Below the pieces are notes generated by a model. That model had not been told where the DNA came from and made no database searches. It worked only from the letters and a program-made list of their open reading frames with translations. A program made the translations under genes and the position numbers. Below are positions 48,145 through 57,116 of a DNA stretch of 64,000 bases, piece by piece. The first letter of the stretch is position 1; each line of letters starts with the position of its first letter. The DNA comes from Candidatus Woesearchaeota archaeon (GTDB lineage Archaea; Nanobdellota; Nanobdellia; Woesearchaeales; SKGA01), in assembly GCA_050187915.1 (NCBI GenBank), contig JBFXLI010000001.1, positions 35,920 to 99,919 of the forward strand, written 5' to 3'.

Positions 48145-48531
48145 TTAATTAAATAGTTTTTTGCCATCAACTTTTGTATCAGATATATATTTTATAATTA
48201 TAAACCATAACGCACAAGTAATCAAGAAAGAATATATGAATGAAAATATATTTACATTATTTGCTAAAGGGATTTCTCCAAATGGAATATAAAATAAAAA
48301 GAGAATCATTAATCCAAAAGATAAATGTAACCATAATTTGGTTTTTTCTTTAAGTTTAAAAAAATAATATATGGCAATACTCATTAATATAGGAACAATA
48401 AATAATACCGATGTAGTTATTATAAAAAAATATTCAAAAGCAATAGCTAAAATTAAAGATATTGTTAATGAAAATAAAACATTAAAAAGTAAATAAATAG
48501 ACATCACCCAAACAAATGGCGTTCGTTTCAT
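48145..48531 (-). CDS. Hypothetical 4-TM membrane protein.
   Basis: 128 aa with four hydrophobic helices. Overlaps the AsnRS stop by 4 nt. Confidence 0.35.
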   Translation of the reverse strand: MKRTPFVWVMSIYLLFNVLFSLTISLILAIAFEYFFIITTSVLFIVPILMSIAIYYFFKLKEKTKLWLHLSFGLMILFLFYIPFGEIPLANNVNIFSFIYSFLITCALWFIIIKYISDTKVDGKKLFN

Positions 48532-49820
48532 GGTTTATACCTCAACATTGTTCTTGGAAATGGTATTGCATCTTTGATATTATCAAGTCCACAAATCCAT
48601 GAAATTACTCTTTCTGTTCCAACGCCATATCCTGAATGAGGAACTGAACCATATTTTCTGGAATCGAAATACCATTCATAGTTTACCGCATCTTCACCAT
48701 CTGCTTCTAATCTTTGTTTCATATCTTCCACATCTAAAGAACGTTCACTTCCACCAACAATTTCAACACCACTTTGTGGCGCTAACATGTCAAAACATAA
48801 AGCTTCTTCTGGAAATTCTGGATCTCTTGGTTTGTAAAAAGCCATAGCAGAAACTGGATAATGTGTAACAACAACTGGAGTAAAGTAATGTTTCATGATT
48901 GCTTGTTCTTCTATTGTTCTTAAATCTTTACCATATTCGATTTCCATTCCATCTTTTTTAATTAAATCTAATGCTTCACTGTATTTTATATTTGGCCATT
49001 CTTTTTTACACATTTCAATTAATTTTTCTGGATCTTGTTCTAATAATTTAAATTCTTCTTTACATTTAATTGCAACTTGCTCAATACAATATTTTAATTC
49101 CTTTTTTGCAAATTCTGCAACATCTTGTAATTTAAACCACGCAGCTTCCATTTCAGCCATCCAAAACTCAGATAGATGTCTTGAAGTTTTTGATTTTTCT
49201 GCTCTAAAAGTAGGACCAAAATTATATATTTTCTCTAAAGCAAAAATTCCTGCTTCAGCATACAATTGCCAAGTTTGAGCTAAATAAGTTATATCTTGAT
49301 AATATTTAACTTCAAAAACCGTACTTCCACCTTCAGATTGAGTTGGTTGTAAAATAGGTGTATCGAATCTAAAAAATCCTTCATTTTTAAAAAACTCATC
49401 TCTGGCTTGAATATATGCACTTCTTATTTTAAATACTGCAATTTGTTTTTGCATTCTGATTGCTAAATGTCTATTGTCTGCTAAAAATTCAACTGATTGA
49501 TCTTTTTGTATTGGAAATTCTTTAGATTCTCCAATTAATTCGAAATCTTTTACAGCGATTTCATAACCTGTTGGAGCTCTTTCGTCTTTCTTTATTGTTC
49601 CTGTAATCGTCATTGAAGCTTCTATTTGAAGTTTATCTGCTATTTGGAATTTTTCTTCTCCAACTATTGCTTTCTCAATAACACATTGAATTGTGCCTGT
49701 AACGTCCCTTAAAATAATAAATTTTAATTTAGCGCTACCTCGTTCTCTGTAAACCCAACCACGAATAGAGACTTCTCCTTCGCCTTTTTTCATTGCATCT
49801 TTTATGGATATAAATTTCAT
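48528..49820 (-). CDS. asnS: Class IIb aminoacyl-tRNA synthetase, most likely asparaginyl-tRNA synthetase (Asp/Asn family).
   Basis: N-terminal OB fold (VSIRGWVYRERGSAKLKFIILRD). Motif 2 FRAEKSKTSRHLSEFWMAEME (AsnRS-like SRHL.EFWM). Motif 3 GYGVGTERVI. 430 aa. Confidence 0.7.
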   Translation of the reverse strand: MKFISIKDAMKKGEGEVSIRGWVYRERGSAKLKFIILRDVTGTIQCVIEKAIVGEEKFQIADKLQIEASMTITGTIKKDERAPTGYEIAVKDFELIGESKEFPIQKDQSVEFLADNRHLAIRMQKQIAVFKIRSAYIQARDEFFKNEGFFRFDTPILQPTQSEGGSTVFEVKYYQDITYLAQTWQLYAEAGIFALEKIYNFGPTFRAEKSKTSRHLSEFWMAEMEAAWFKLQDVAEFAKKELKYCIEQVAIKCKEEFKLLEQDPEKLIEMCKKEWPNIKYSEALDLIKKDGMEIEYGKDLRTIEEQAIMKHYFTPVVVTHYPVSAMAFYKPRDPEFPEEALCFDMLAPQSGVEIVGGSERSLDVEDMKQRLEADGEDAVNYEWYFDSRKYGSVPHSGYGVGTERVISWICGLDNIKDAIPFPRTMLRYKP

Positions 49821-50071
49821 TTTATTTGACCTCGTAACTTATTATTTTGTGCATATATGTGTTTTAATATTATTTATTATAAAAAAATAAATTTACACTT
49901 TATTATAAACTTTTGTGAATTAGTTAGAAATCAATTAATTATAGAATAAACTACTTTAAACTCAACTTTTCCTAAAGTTTGTGTTTTGTAGTATGCAAAC
50001 ATCTTAAATTTAAGAATTGGGTATAAATATATAAATTTATGCTTTAAAAAATAAAAATAAAAAAAATAAAT

Positions 50072-50380
50072 TTACTTTTTAGTAACTTTTTCTTCTTTCA
50101 TAATTTTTTTAGCAATTAAGAATACTACTAAAGCAATTATTATGAAGTTTAAAAGTTCTCCAACAAATGCTCCCCAATTAATTACGAATGGTCCTAAAAT
50201 AAATTGTGCTGTTCTCCAAGCACCACCTGGAATCATTGGTGTAATTATTGGCATAATTATGTTGTCTACTAAAGATTTTATTAAAGCTGTTGCTGCAGCA
50301 CCTATGATGAATGCGATAGCTAAAGCAATAACTTTGTATTCTTTTAAAAATTCTAAAAATTCTTTTCCTGTTTTTTTCAT
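50072..50380 (-). CDS. mscL: Large-conductance mechanosensitive channel MscL.
   Basis: FLKEYKVIALAIAFIIGAAATALIKSLVDNIIMPIITPMIPGG, the MscL TM1 signature. 102 aa. Confidence 0.8.
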   Translation of the reverse strand: MKKTGKEFLEFLKEYKVIALAIAFIIGAAATALIKSLVDNIIMPIITPMIPGGAWRTAQFILGPFVINWGAFVGELLNFIIIALVVFLIAKKIMKEEKVTKK

Positions 50381-50432
50381 AAATATTACCTCAAATAAAA
50401 TATTATTTAGTTAAATCAATATATAAATTTTT

Positions 50433-51887
50433 TCAATTTTTATAAACTCTTCCTGCAGATTCTGATCTTTGAGTTTCATTTAAATATATTACTGCTGTAT
50501 TTAAATCTAAATTTTGTTGTATAAATCTTAAAAGCCAACTTATTCCACTTGGTTTATTTAAATATTCTTTTTTAGTTTGTTGTGGATCTCCGATGATTAC
50601 TAATTTAGAATTTTTTCCTTGTCTATCCACAATTTTTTCCATTTCATCTTGTAATATGTTTTGAGATTCATCAACAACCATTTCAGTATTTTGAAATGTT
50701 GTTCCTTTAATTTTATCTATATCCCAATATTCAAATAAAGGTATTCTTGAACCTACATATACTCCATTTCGTTTAAAAGTAGTATAATGATAAGAAGATA
50801 AATTTTCATCATATGGATATTCCATTGATTCGCCATATTTACTTAAATCTTCAAAAGGTGGTTTTGTTATACCTAAACTAGTGTATAATTTTTGATATGC
50901 TTTCAAAGAAGCTGAATCTTCTTCTTTTCCACGTATCATTGTTATTGAATAATATTGTGGAAGTTCATCTTCATTTTTAACCATCAATCCTCTAAGTGCA
51001 CAGGCTAAAGAAGTTAAAGTTTTTCCAGAACCTGCAACACCTGTAACTACAACCAAACTTATTTTTGGATCTCTTAAAACTTTTGTTAAAAGATATTGTT
51101 CTAAATTTATTGGTGAAAAACCTAAAATGGGTTTTGATATTTCTTGGTTTATTTCTTCTTTTGATTTTCTATAAAAAATATTTTCTAAAATATGTTTATT
51201 ATCTCCTACTCTATGTAGTTGAAGATAATGACTTTTATCATATTTAGTTGAATTTAAGATAAAAAATTTGTTGTTATTTAAAATCATATTTTGAGGCAGC
51301 ATTCGTTTTATCTCTGCTAGTGGAAATTCTTTTTTAGAATAAGTTAAATCATTTATTTCTTTTTCCATGTATGATGGAAGATTTATTTTTGTTATTGAAC
51401 CATCAACTAATAATTCTAAATTTTTCTTTGGAAAAGACGGATACTCTACTTTTCTGAAATTTTCTCTTAATAAATCATTAAACATTAGTGGATCTGTTGC
51501 TATTGCATCGACTTGTTTTTTATCTTCAGGTTTATGATAAAATAATTTAATTTGTTTATCAACTAAAAAACAGTTTTCTGATTCTTTCCATATTCCATTT
51601 TTATTTACATAATGAAGAAATGATAAAATTTCAGGATGTCTTTTTTTTTCTATAGGTAACTTATCTAAATCAACATATATTTCAGTTATTTTTCTTCCAT
51701 CTTTTGGTAAGAAATGTTTGAATATTTCAAATGAATAATTATAAATTAATTCTGGAGGAATTAAATGTTTTGGTGTTTCAGATGATTTTTCATATTTGAT
51801 TTCTTCTTGAATTAATTTTAGTAATGCTTTTTTTTCTTTAGAAACAGCCTTTTTTGAATGTTTACGTTTATTTTGTCTTTTTGGCAT
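50433..51887 (-). CDS. PhoH-like P-loop ATPase with a ~260-aa N-terminal extension.
   Basis: VVTGVAGSGKTLTSLA (Walker A), and VVDESQNI...VIIGDPQQ (PhoH signature). Confidence 0.65.
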   Translation of the reverse strand: MPKRQNKRKHSKKAVSKEKKALLKLIQEEIKYEKSSETPKHLIPPELIYNYSFEIFKHFLPKDGRKITEIYVDLDKLPIEKKRHPEILSFLHYVNKNGIWKESENCFLVDKQIKLFYHKPEDKKQVDAIATDPLMFNDLLRENFRKVEYPSFPKKNLELLVDGSITKINLPSYMEKEINDLTYSKKEFPLAEIKRMLPQNMILNNNKFFILNSTKYDKSHYLQLHRVGDNKHILENIFYRKSKEEINQEISKPILGFSPINLEQYLLTKVLRDPKISLVVVTGVAGSGKTLTSLACALRGLMVKNEDELPQYYSITMIRGKEEDSASLKAYQKLYTSLGITKPPFEDLSKYGESMEYPYDENLSSYHYTTFKRNGVYVGSRIPLFEYWDIDKIKGTTFQNTEMVVDESQNILQDEMEKIVDRQGKNSKLVIIGDPQQTKKEYLNKPSGISWLLRFIQQNLDLNTAVIYLNETQRSESAGRVYKN

Positions 51888-52014
51888 AATAATTTCTTTT
51901 AATACATATTTATATATATTTCTATTTTGTAACTACTATTGAGTTTATAAATGATGTAAAGAAGTTATAACTTATTTGTGAATAAAACAAGAATTTAACA
52001 AAATTTTTGTAAAT

Positions 52015-52257
52015 TTAACTTTTACAACAAATAGCCAATTCATTATCTAATAATTCTTCACAACCCATATGATCAAAAAAAATACTATTATTAAAATTAA
52101 GACAATCTTCTTTAGAATTCATACACACACCACCAATTTCATTACAATTTAAAGATTCTTCATGAATATATTTTTTAGGAATGGATGTAAAAATTAAAAA
52201 AAGAGTAATTATTATAATAATAGAAACAATTAAAATTATTTTTGTTATTTTTTTCAT
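52015..52257 (-). CDS. Small secreted/membrane-anchored cysteine-rich protein.
   Basis: N-terminal hydrophobic anchor (MKKITKIILIVSIIIIITLFLIF), then 8 Cys in ~55 aa (CNEIGGVCMNSKEDC...GCEEL...ICCKS). Start placed at ATG 52257; the track uses TTG at 52275. Confidence 0.4.
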   Translation of the reverse strand: MKKITKIILIVSIIIIITLFLIFTSIPKKYIHEESLNCNEIGGVCMNSKEDCLNFNNSIFFDHMGCEELLDNELAICCKS

Positions 52258-52266
52258 TTTTTTCAC

Positions 52267-52320
52267 CTTTTCCAATCAAGCAAAAATCTTGCTCCTTCTT
52301 TTATTTCTTTTTCAAGATAT
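52267..52320. repeat. Left copy of a perfect 54-bp direct repeat.
   Basis: CTTTTCCAATCAAGCAAAAATCTTGCTCCTTCTTTTATTTCTTTTTCAAGATAT is identical at 52267-52320 and 53650-53703. Confidence 0.75.
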
Positions 52321-53612
52321 TAATTTAAAAGTTTGTTGTATTTTTCTAAGATAGACAATCTATACGCTTCTAATTCAGGAAAATGCTTAGGAGTTATCAT
52401 ATAGGATATATGAGAAGAACTTTCTGAATCTTCACCATTAATACTTTTAGAATTTTTTTTATAAACAGTTACAATTATATCTCCTTGCAAAGATATCGTT
52501 ATCATAATATCTCCAAATTCCCTATTTGTTTCTCTAAAAGAATAATTTTCAATCTCAAGTCTATCTGAAATAATTTTAATGAAAATAGGACCTGTAACTC
52601 CTATGGCACCACATAAACTTACAGGCAAAACTTTATTATTTTTAGCTGTTTCCTTTATTTTTTTAATTAATTCTCTTTGTTGTTCTTTCGAATTTAATTT
52701 AGTATAATTAGAATCATTTTCTAAAATTTCTCTAGCAATTTTTTCGAATTTGGGATATTCAGAAATTTCAAAATGTTCGCTTGAAAATGAATTTTTTAAT
52801 CTTGTTAAAACTTCTTTTTTCATTATTTCAAAAGGCTCTTTGACTAAATCTAAATAATCTTGTGAGTCTAATAATTTTGATTCAGACAACAAATTATAAA
52901 TTTTAGATAAATTTTCGAAAGTTTCACCAGAATAGGTATATTTATTTCTCTCAATATATAATAAAGGACTATCTTCATATTTTACCACATTATACTCTAA
53001 ATCACAATTTTTAACATAATCGAGTAATTCTGTTTTAAGTTTAACTTGAAAAGATGAATCTGTTTGTACTTTAGATATTGTATCTTTTATTATTTCTCCT
53101 AATAAAATGGCAGGTATTAATATAATTATAAATGCTTTTGATAAAGAAAAATTTAAAGATTTATGCTCTAAATTTATATTTTTAAATGAGTATTTTTGAG
53201 ATTTTATTATCTCTTGAAGATTTTTCTCAAAATTAGTTTTTTCCAAATTTTTTAAAATGCCATCTTGAATTTCAAAAGCATCTGAATTTTTGATAACATC
53301 CTTTAATTTTTTAGTAAATGAAAATAAATTAATAAGTTGAGTTTTGATTTTATCAAGATTTTTATAATTATCGATAATTAATTTATCACTAATAATTTCG
53401 TTAATTTTATTTTCTTTACTTAAAATTCTATCAAGTACATCATTTAACTTTCTAAAATCATCTTTAGATAAATTATTTTTTTTATTTTCAATTTCGAGAA
53501 TAACATCAATTATTTTATTTTGTAAATTTAAAAATAAATTACCTAATCTAATATCGAACTTTAATGAATTTATTTTATCTCTTGATTTATTATTAAATAG
53601 GAATTTAAACAT
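52320..53612 (-). CDS. Hypothetical protein (430 aa, one TM helix) lying between the 54-bp direct repeats.
   Basis: Intact ORF with an N-terminal coiled-coil-like region and a central TM helix (KAFIIILIPAILLGEII). No recognisable family. Confidence 0.4.
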   Translation of the reverse strand: MFKFLFNNKSRDKINSLKFDIRLGNLFLNLQNKIIDVILEIENKKNNLSKDDFRKLNDVLDRILSKENKINEIISDKLIIDNYKNLDKIKTQLINLFSFTKKLKDVIKNSDAFEIQDGILKNLEKTNFEKNLQEIIKSQKYSFKNINLEHKSLNFSLSKAFIIILIPAILLGEIIKDTISKVQTDSSFQVKLKTELLDYVKNCDLEYNVVKYEDSPLLYIERNKYTYSGETFENLSKIYNLLSESKLLDSQDYLDLVKEPFEIMKKEVLTRLKNSFSSEHFEISEYPKFEKIAREILENDSNYTKLNSKEQQRELIKKIKETAKNNKVLPVSLCGAIGVTGPIFIKIISDRLEIENYSFRETNREFGDIMITISLQGDIIVTVYKKNSKSINGEDSESSSHISYMITPKHFPELEAYRLSILEKYNKLLN

Positions 53613-53645
53613 AATACTAAGAAATATATAGTTATATATATAAAT

Positions 53646-54851
53646 TTATCTTTTCCAATCAAGCAAAAATCTTGCTCCTTCTTTTATTTCTTTTTCAAGA
53701 TATTTTTGTTGAATATTAGAAGAAAATTCTTTTTTTTCAGTACCAGAAAAATATTCTTTTAAAAAGTCTTCCGCAAATTCAGAATAATTTCCTTTTTTAA
53801 TTGCTTTTCTTAAATCTTCAACTAATTTATTCATAAAATAAAGATTGTGTATTGTGGCTAATTTAAATGCTGTTAATTCATGATTTTTAAATAAATGATG
53901 TACATACGCCCGAGAATAATTTTTACAAACTTCGCATTTGCATTTTTCATCGATTGGATTTTCATCTTCTTTATATTTTTTCTTTAAAATATCTATTCTT
54001 CCTTTTTTTGTTATTAATGAACCGTGTCTAGCATTTGACGTTGGATATATTGAATCAAAACAATCAACTCCTAGTCCTACTGCCCAAACTATGTCTGGAG
54101 GAGAACCAAGTCCCATAAGATATTTTATTTTGTGTTCATCAAAACATTTTACTGCTTCTTTAATTGTGTCAAATAATTCTGCTCTTTTTTCTCCAACAAC
54201 TAAACCCCCAAGAGCATACCCATCAAATTCCATTCTGTTTATTTTTGTTGTTGAGAATCTTCTGTATTCTGCTTTAGTTCCACCTTGAGAAATTCCAAAA
54301 AGAAGTTGATTACTTCCATATTCTTTTTTTAGTTTGCTGTGTTCTGTAAGACAGCGTTTCGCCCAAAGATGTGTTCTTTTTATTGCGTCAACATAATCTT
54401 TTCCATTTAAGCCGTAATGAGCTACATCATCAAATGTCATTGCCACATCTGAATTTAATTTAAATTGATTTTGTATTGCTAATTCTGGTGTGTAAAAACT
54501 TTTCTTTCCTGTTTTGTCTTTAAATAAAACTCCTTCATCTGATTTTTTTAAAAGAAAGTCTTTACTTAATACTTGAAATCCGCCTGAGTCTGTGAAAATT
54601 GTTTTTTTGAAATTCATAAATTTGTGAATTCCTCCTAATTTTTCTACTACATCAATTCCAGGATACAATGATAAAATGAAAGAATTTGAAATTATACTTT
54701 GAAAGTTTAAATCTGTTATTTCTTTTGAATCCAAGGATTTAACTGTTCCTCTTGAAGCTACAGGCATGAAGAAAGGAGTTTCTACTTTACCGTGTTCTGT
54801 TTCAAGAATACCGACTCGTGCTGTACCATCTTTATGAGTTATTTCAAACAT
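53646..54851 (-). CDS. tgt: tRNA-guanine transglycosylase (Tgt; short QTRT-like form without a PUA domain).
   Basis: FTDSGGFQV (catalytic Asp region), LGSPPDIVWAVGLGVDCFDS, and the Zn site CKCEVCKNYSRAYVHHL. 401 aa. Confidence 0.8.
   Translation of the reverse strand: MFEITHKDGTARVGILETEHGKVETPFFMPVASRGTVKSLDSKEITDLNFQSIISNSFILSLYPGIDVVEKLGGIHKFMNFKKTIFTDSGGFQVLSKDFLLKKSDEGVLFKDKTGKKSFYTPELAIQNQFKLNSDVAMTFDDVAHYGLNGKDYVDAIKRTHLWAKRCLTEHSKLKKEYGSNQLLFGISQGGTKAEYRRFSTTKINRMEFDGYALGGLVVGEKRAELFDTIKEAVKCFDEHKIKYLMGLGSPPDIVWAVGLGVDCFDSIYPTSNARHGSLITKKGRIDILKKKYKEDENPIDEKCKCEVCKNYSRAYVHHLFKNHELTAFKLATIHNLYFMNKLVEDLRKAIKKGNYSEFAEDFLKEYFSGTEKKEFSSNIQQKYLEKEIKEGARFLLDWKR
53650..53703. repeat. Right copy of the 54-bp direct repeat. 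This copy encodes the C-terminus of Tgt.
   Basis: Identical to 52267-52320. On the minus strand it encodes ...KEGARFLLDWKR* of the Tgt protein. Confidence 0.75.
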
Positions 54852-54889
54852 ATAAAAAAGAATATAAGATTAAAATAAAAAGGTAACTA

Positions 54890-55690
54890 TTACTTTTCAT
54901 TTAAGTAATGCAACACATCTTCAACTTTTTTGTTGTTGAAAATTATTTCTCTTAAAGCATGTGTTAATGAAAATGGTTGCTTTGATTGCCAAATGTTTCT
55001 TCCTATTGCTAAACCTGTTGCTCCTGTTTGAAGTATTTCATAAGTTTTACGTAAAAAGTGTTCAGGTGTTTCTTTTGTTCCACCTGCAGTTAAAACTCTT
55101 GCACGTCCAGCATTTTTCACAACCCATTTATATCCTTCTACATCATGATTGTATTTTAATTTAAGAAAATCTGCACCAAGTTCTAATCCTATTCTTGCAG
55201 CATGGGCGATAGTATTTGTATCTTCATCGTTAGGTATAGCTTTTCCTCTTGGATACATCCAAGCAATTACTGGAAGTCCTGCGTCATGTGCTTGTTCTAC
55301 AACTTTTCCAAAGTTTTCAAATTGTTCTGGTTCAAACTCGCTTCCTGGAAATAAAGTATAGCCTACTGCTGAAGCACCTAATTTAATAGCTCTATCTACT
55401 GAACAAAGTTGTTTTGATATTGGTTCGATATGAGGTAAAGCAGTTTTTCCATTTAACTTAACTATTAAAGGAACATCTTTATAGTGTTCGTGATAATATT
55501 TTTCTGCTAAACCATGTTGTAAAATAACACCATTATAATTTCCTTCTAAAGCTATGTCAAGTATATATGTAGGATCTATATTTTTTAAATTGAAGTCTTT
55601 TGGTCCATGTTCTAAGCCTTGATCACAAGCTAAAAATAATGAACGATTTTTTTTCATTAGTTTTGAAACGTTAATTTTCATTTGTATCAC
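54890..55690 (-). CDS. fbaB: Class I fructose-bisphosphate aldolase / DhnA-FbaB family (archaeal type).
   Basis: LFLACDQGLEHGP and IVKLNGKT (Schiff-base Lys context). 266 aa. Confidence 0.7.
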   Translation of the reverse strand: MIQMKINVSKLMKKNRSLFLACDQGLEHGPKDFNLKNIDPTYILDIALEGNYNGVILQHGLAEKYYHEHYKDVPLIVKLNGKTALPHIEPISKQLCSVDRAIKLGASAVGYTLFPGSEFEPEQFENFGKVVEQAHDAGLPVIAWMYPRGKAIPNDEDTNTIAHAARIGLELGADFLKLKYNHDVEGYKWVVKNAGRARVLTAGGTKETPEHFLRKTYEILQTGATGLAIGRNIWQSKQPFSLTHALREIIFNNKKVEDVLHYLNEK

Positions 55691-56939
55691 ACTCTTGATT
55701 TTTTAAGCAATCTAAAATTATATCTGACATTTCAAATTTAGATTTTATATTTTGTAGTTTATTTGTATGTTTTTCTAAATTGAAAACATTATTTAGCCAA
55801 TCAATAAAATGATTTCCGGAATTATGAAAATTAAAAACTTCATCTGGCATAAATTTAAGTTTTAAAGCTAAATCTTGTATGGAATATAATTTCTCTCCAT
55901 TAGATAATATAAATTCTTTTCCTTCTGGAGCTTTATAAGAATTAAAATCATGTGTATCTATTAATTTAATTTCTCCTTTGAATTCATTCATTTTATTTTC
56001 TATATCTTGTTTGAAAATTAAATCAGATTTTGCTCCAAGTTTAACAATAACATTTTCAGATTGTATCATTCCTAATTTTAATGAGTATGAAATATCTTTT
56101 TCAAGTATTAATCCTGCAACAAAACCACTTGCAAATGCATCTCCTGCTCCTGTACATTCAACAACTTTGATGTTTTGACTTGGTGTTGCAGAATAAATTT
56201 TTCCTTCATGTGTTGCAACAACTCCATTTTTTCCATCTGTTATAACTATATATTCTGGTCCTAATTTGGATAATTTTCTTATTAAATTAATGGTATTATC
56301 TTCTTTGTCGTTAATTAATAATTGTGCTTCATCTTTATTTAAAATTAAAACATCAACATTTGTTAATATTTCTCCTAATTCAGATAATCCTCTTTTTGCT
56401 TGATAACTTGATGGATTGAATGCGATTTTTGCTCCTGTTTTTTTTACAACTTTAATTATTGATTTTAATGTTTCGAAACTTTTTCCTATCATTGAAGAAG
56501 CGTAAAGCCATTTTGTTTGTAGATTTGATAATAAAACATCTGCTTCTCTTAATTCATTATTTACGCCTTTATATGTTAAAATAGTTCTGTCTTTTTGAAA
56601 TGAATCTAAAATTATAGAATATCCTGTTTGTCCTTCACGAGCTCCAATAAATTGAATATTTTCTTTATTTAATAAATTTAAAATTTTGGTTCCATTTTCA
56701 TCTGCACCTAATTTTCCTAAATAGGCTGTTTTAAATCCAAGTCTTGAAAAAGAAACTGCTGTATTGGTTCCACCGCCGCCTATCATAAAATCGAGTTCAT
56801 TTATTATAACTTTATCTCCAACTTTATATGCTAAAAATTCTTGTTCTGAGTTAGAATCTTGTATTTTTATTAATTCAGAAGTTTCAGTATAGGCAAAAGC
56901 ATCAACTGTCGCACTACCTATTGTTATTACGTCAAACAA
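55671..56939 (-). CDS. PfkB-family carbohydrate kinase with an extra ~110-aa C-terminal domain.
   Basis: MFDVITIGSATVD, GGGGTNTAV, and GAGDAFASGFVAGL (PfkB motif 2). The C-terminal extension (from about aa 310) has no recognised family. Confidence 0.75.
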   Translation of the reverse strand: MFDVITIGSATVDAFAYTETSELIKIQDSNSEQEFLAYKVGDKVIINELDFMIGGGGTNTAVSFSRLGFKTAYLGKLGADENGTKILNLLNKENIQFIGAREGQTGYSIILDSFQKDRTILTYKGVNNELREADVLLSNLQTKWLYASSMIGKSFETLKSIIKVVKKTGAKIAFNPSSYQAKRGLSELGEILTNVDVLILNKDEAQLLINDKEDNTINLIRKLSKLGPEYIVITDGKNGVVATHEGKIYSATPSQNIKVVECTGAGDAFASGFVAGLILEKDISYSLKLGMIQSENVIVKLGAKSDLIFKQDIENKMNEFKGEIKLIDTHDFNSYKAPEGKEFILSNGEKLYSIQDLALKLKFMPDEVFNFHNSGNHFIDWLNNVFNLEKHTNKLQNIKSKFEMSDIILDCLKNQECDTNEN

Positions 56940-57003
56940 ACTACCTCAACCTCTACAAGAGATTGAGAAATAAGAGTTTATAAATGTAACTATTTTCCCA
57001 ATA

Positions 57004-57062
57004 TTGCCAGTGATGAGGTTATTCCCGTCTGATTTATGATGAAAAGAGAGTTATCTGAGGCA
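57004..57062 (+). ncRNA. C/D box sRNA (2'-O-methylation guide).
   Basis: Terminal stem GCC...GGC. C box GTGATGA (57009-57015). 12-nt spacer GGTTATTCCCGT. D' box CTGA (57027-57030). C' box TGATGA (57035-57040). 12-nt spacer AAAGAGAGTTAT. D box CTGA (57054-57057). Canonical archaeal geometry. Confidence 0.75.
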
Positions 57063-57116
57063 TTATTACAATAAAAAACATAATTAATATAAGAGAATGA
57101 AAAATACTATATAAAA

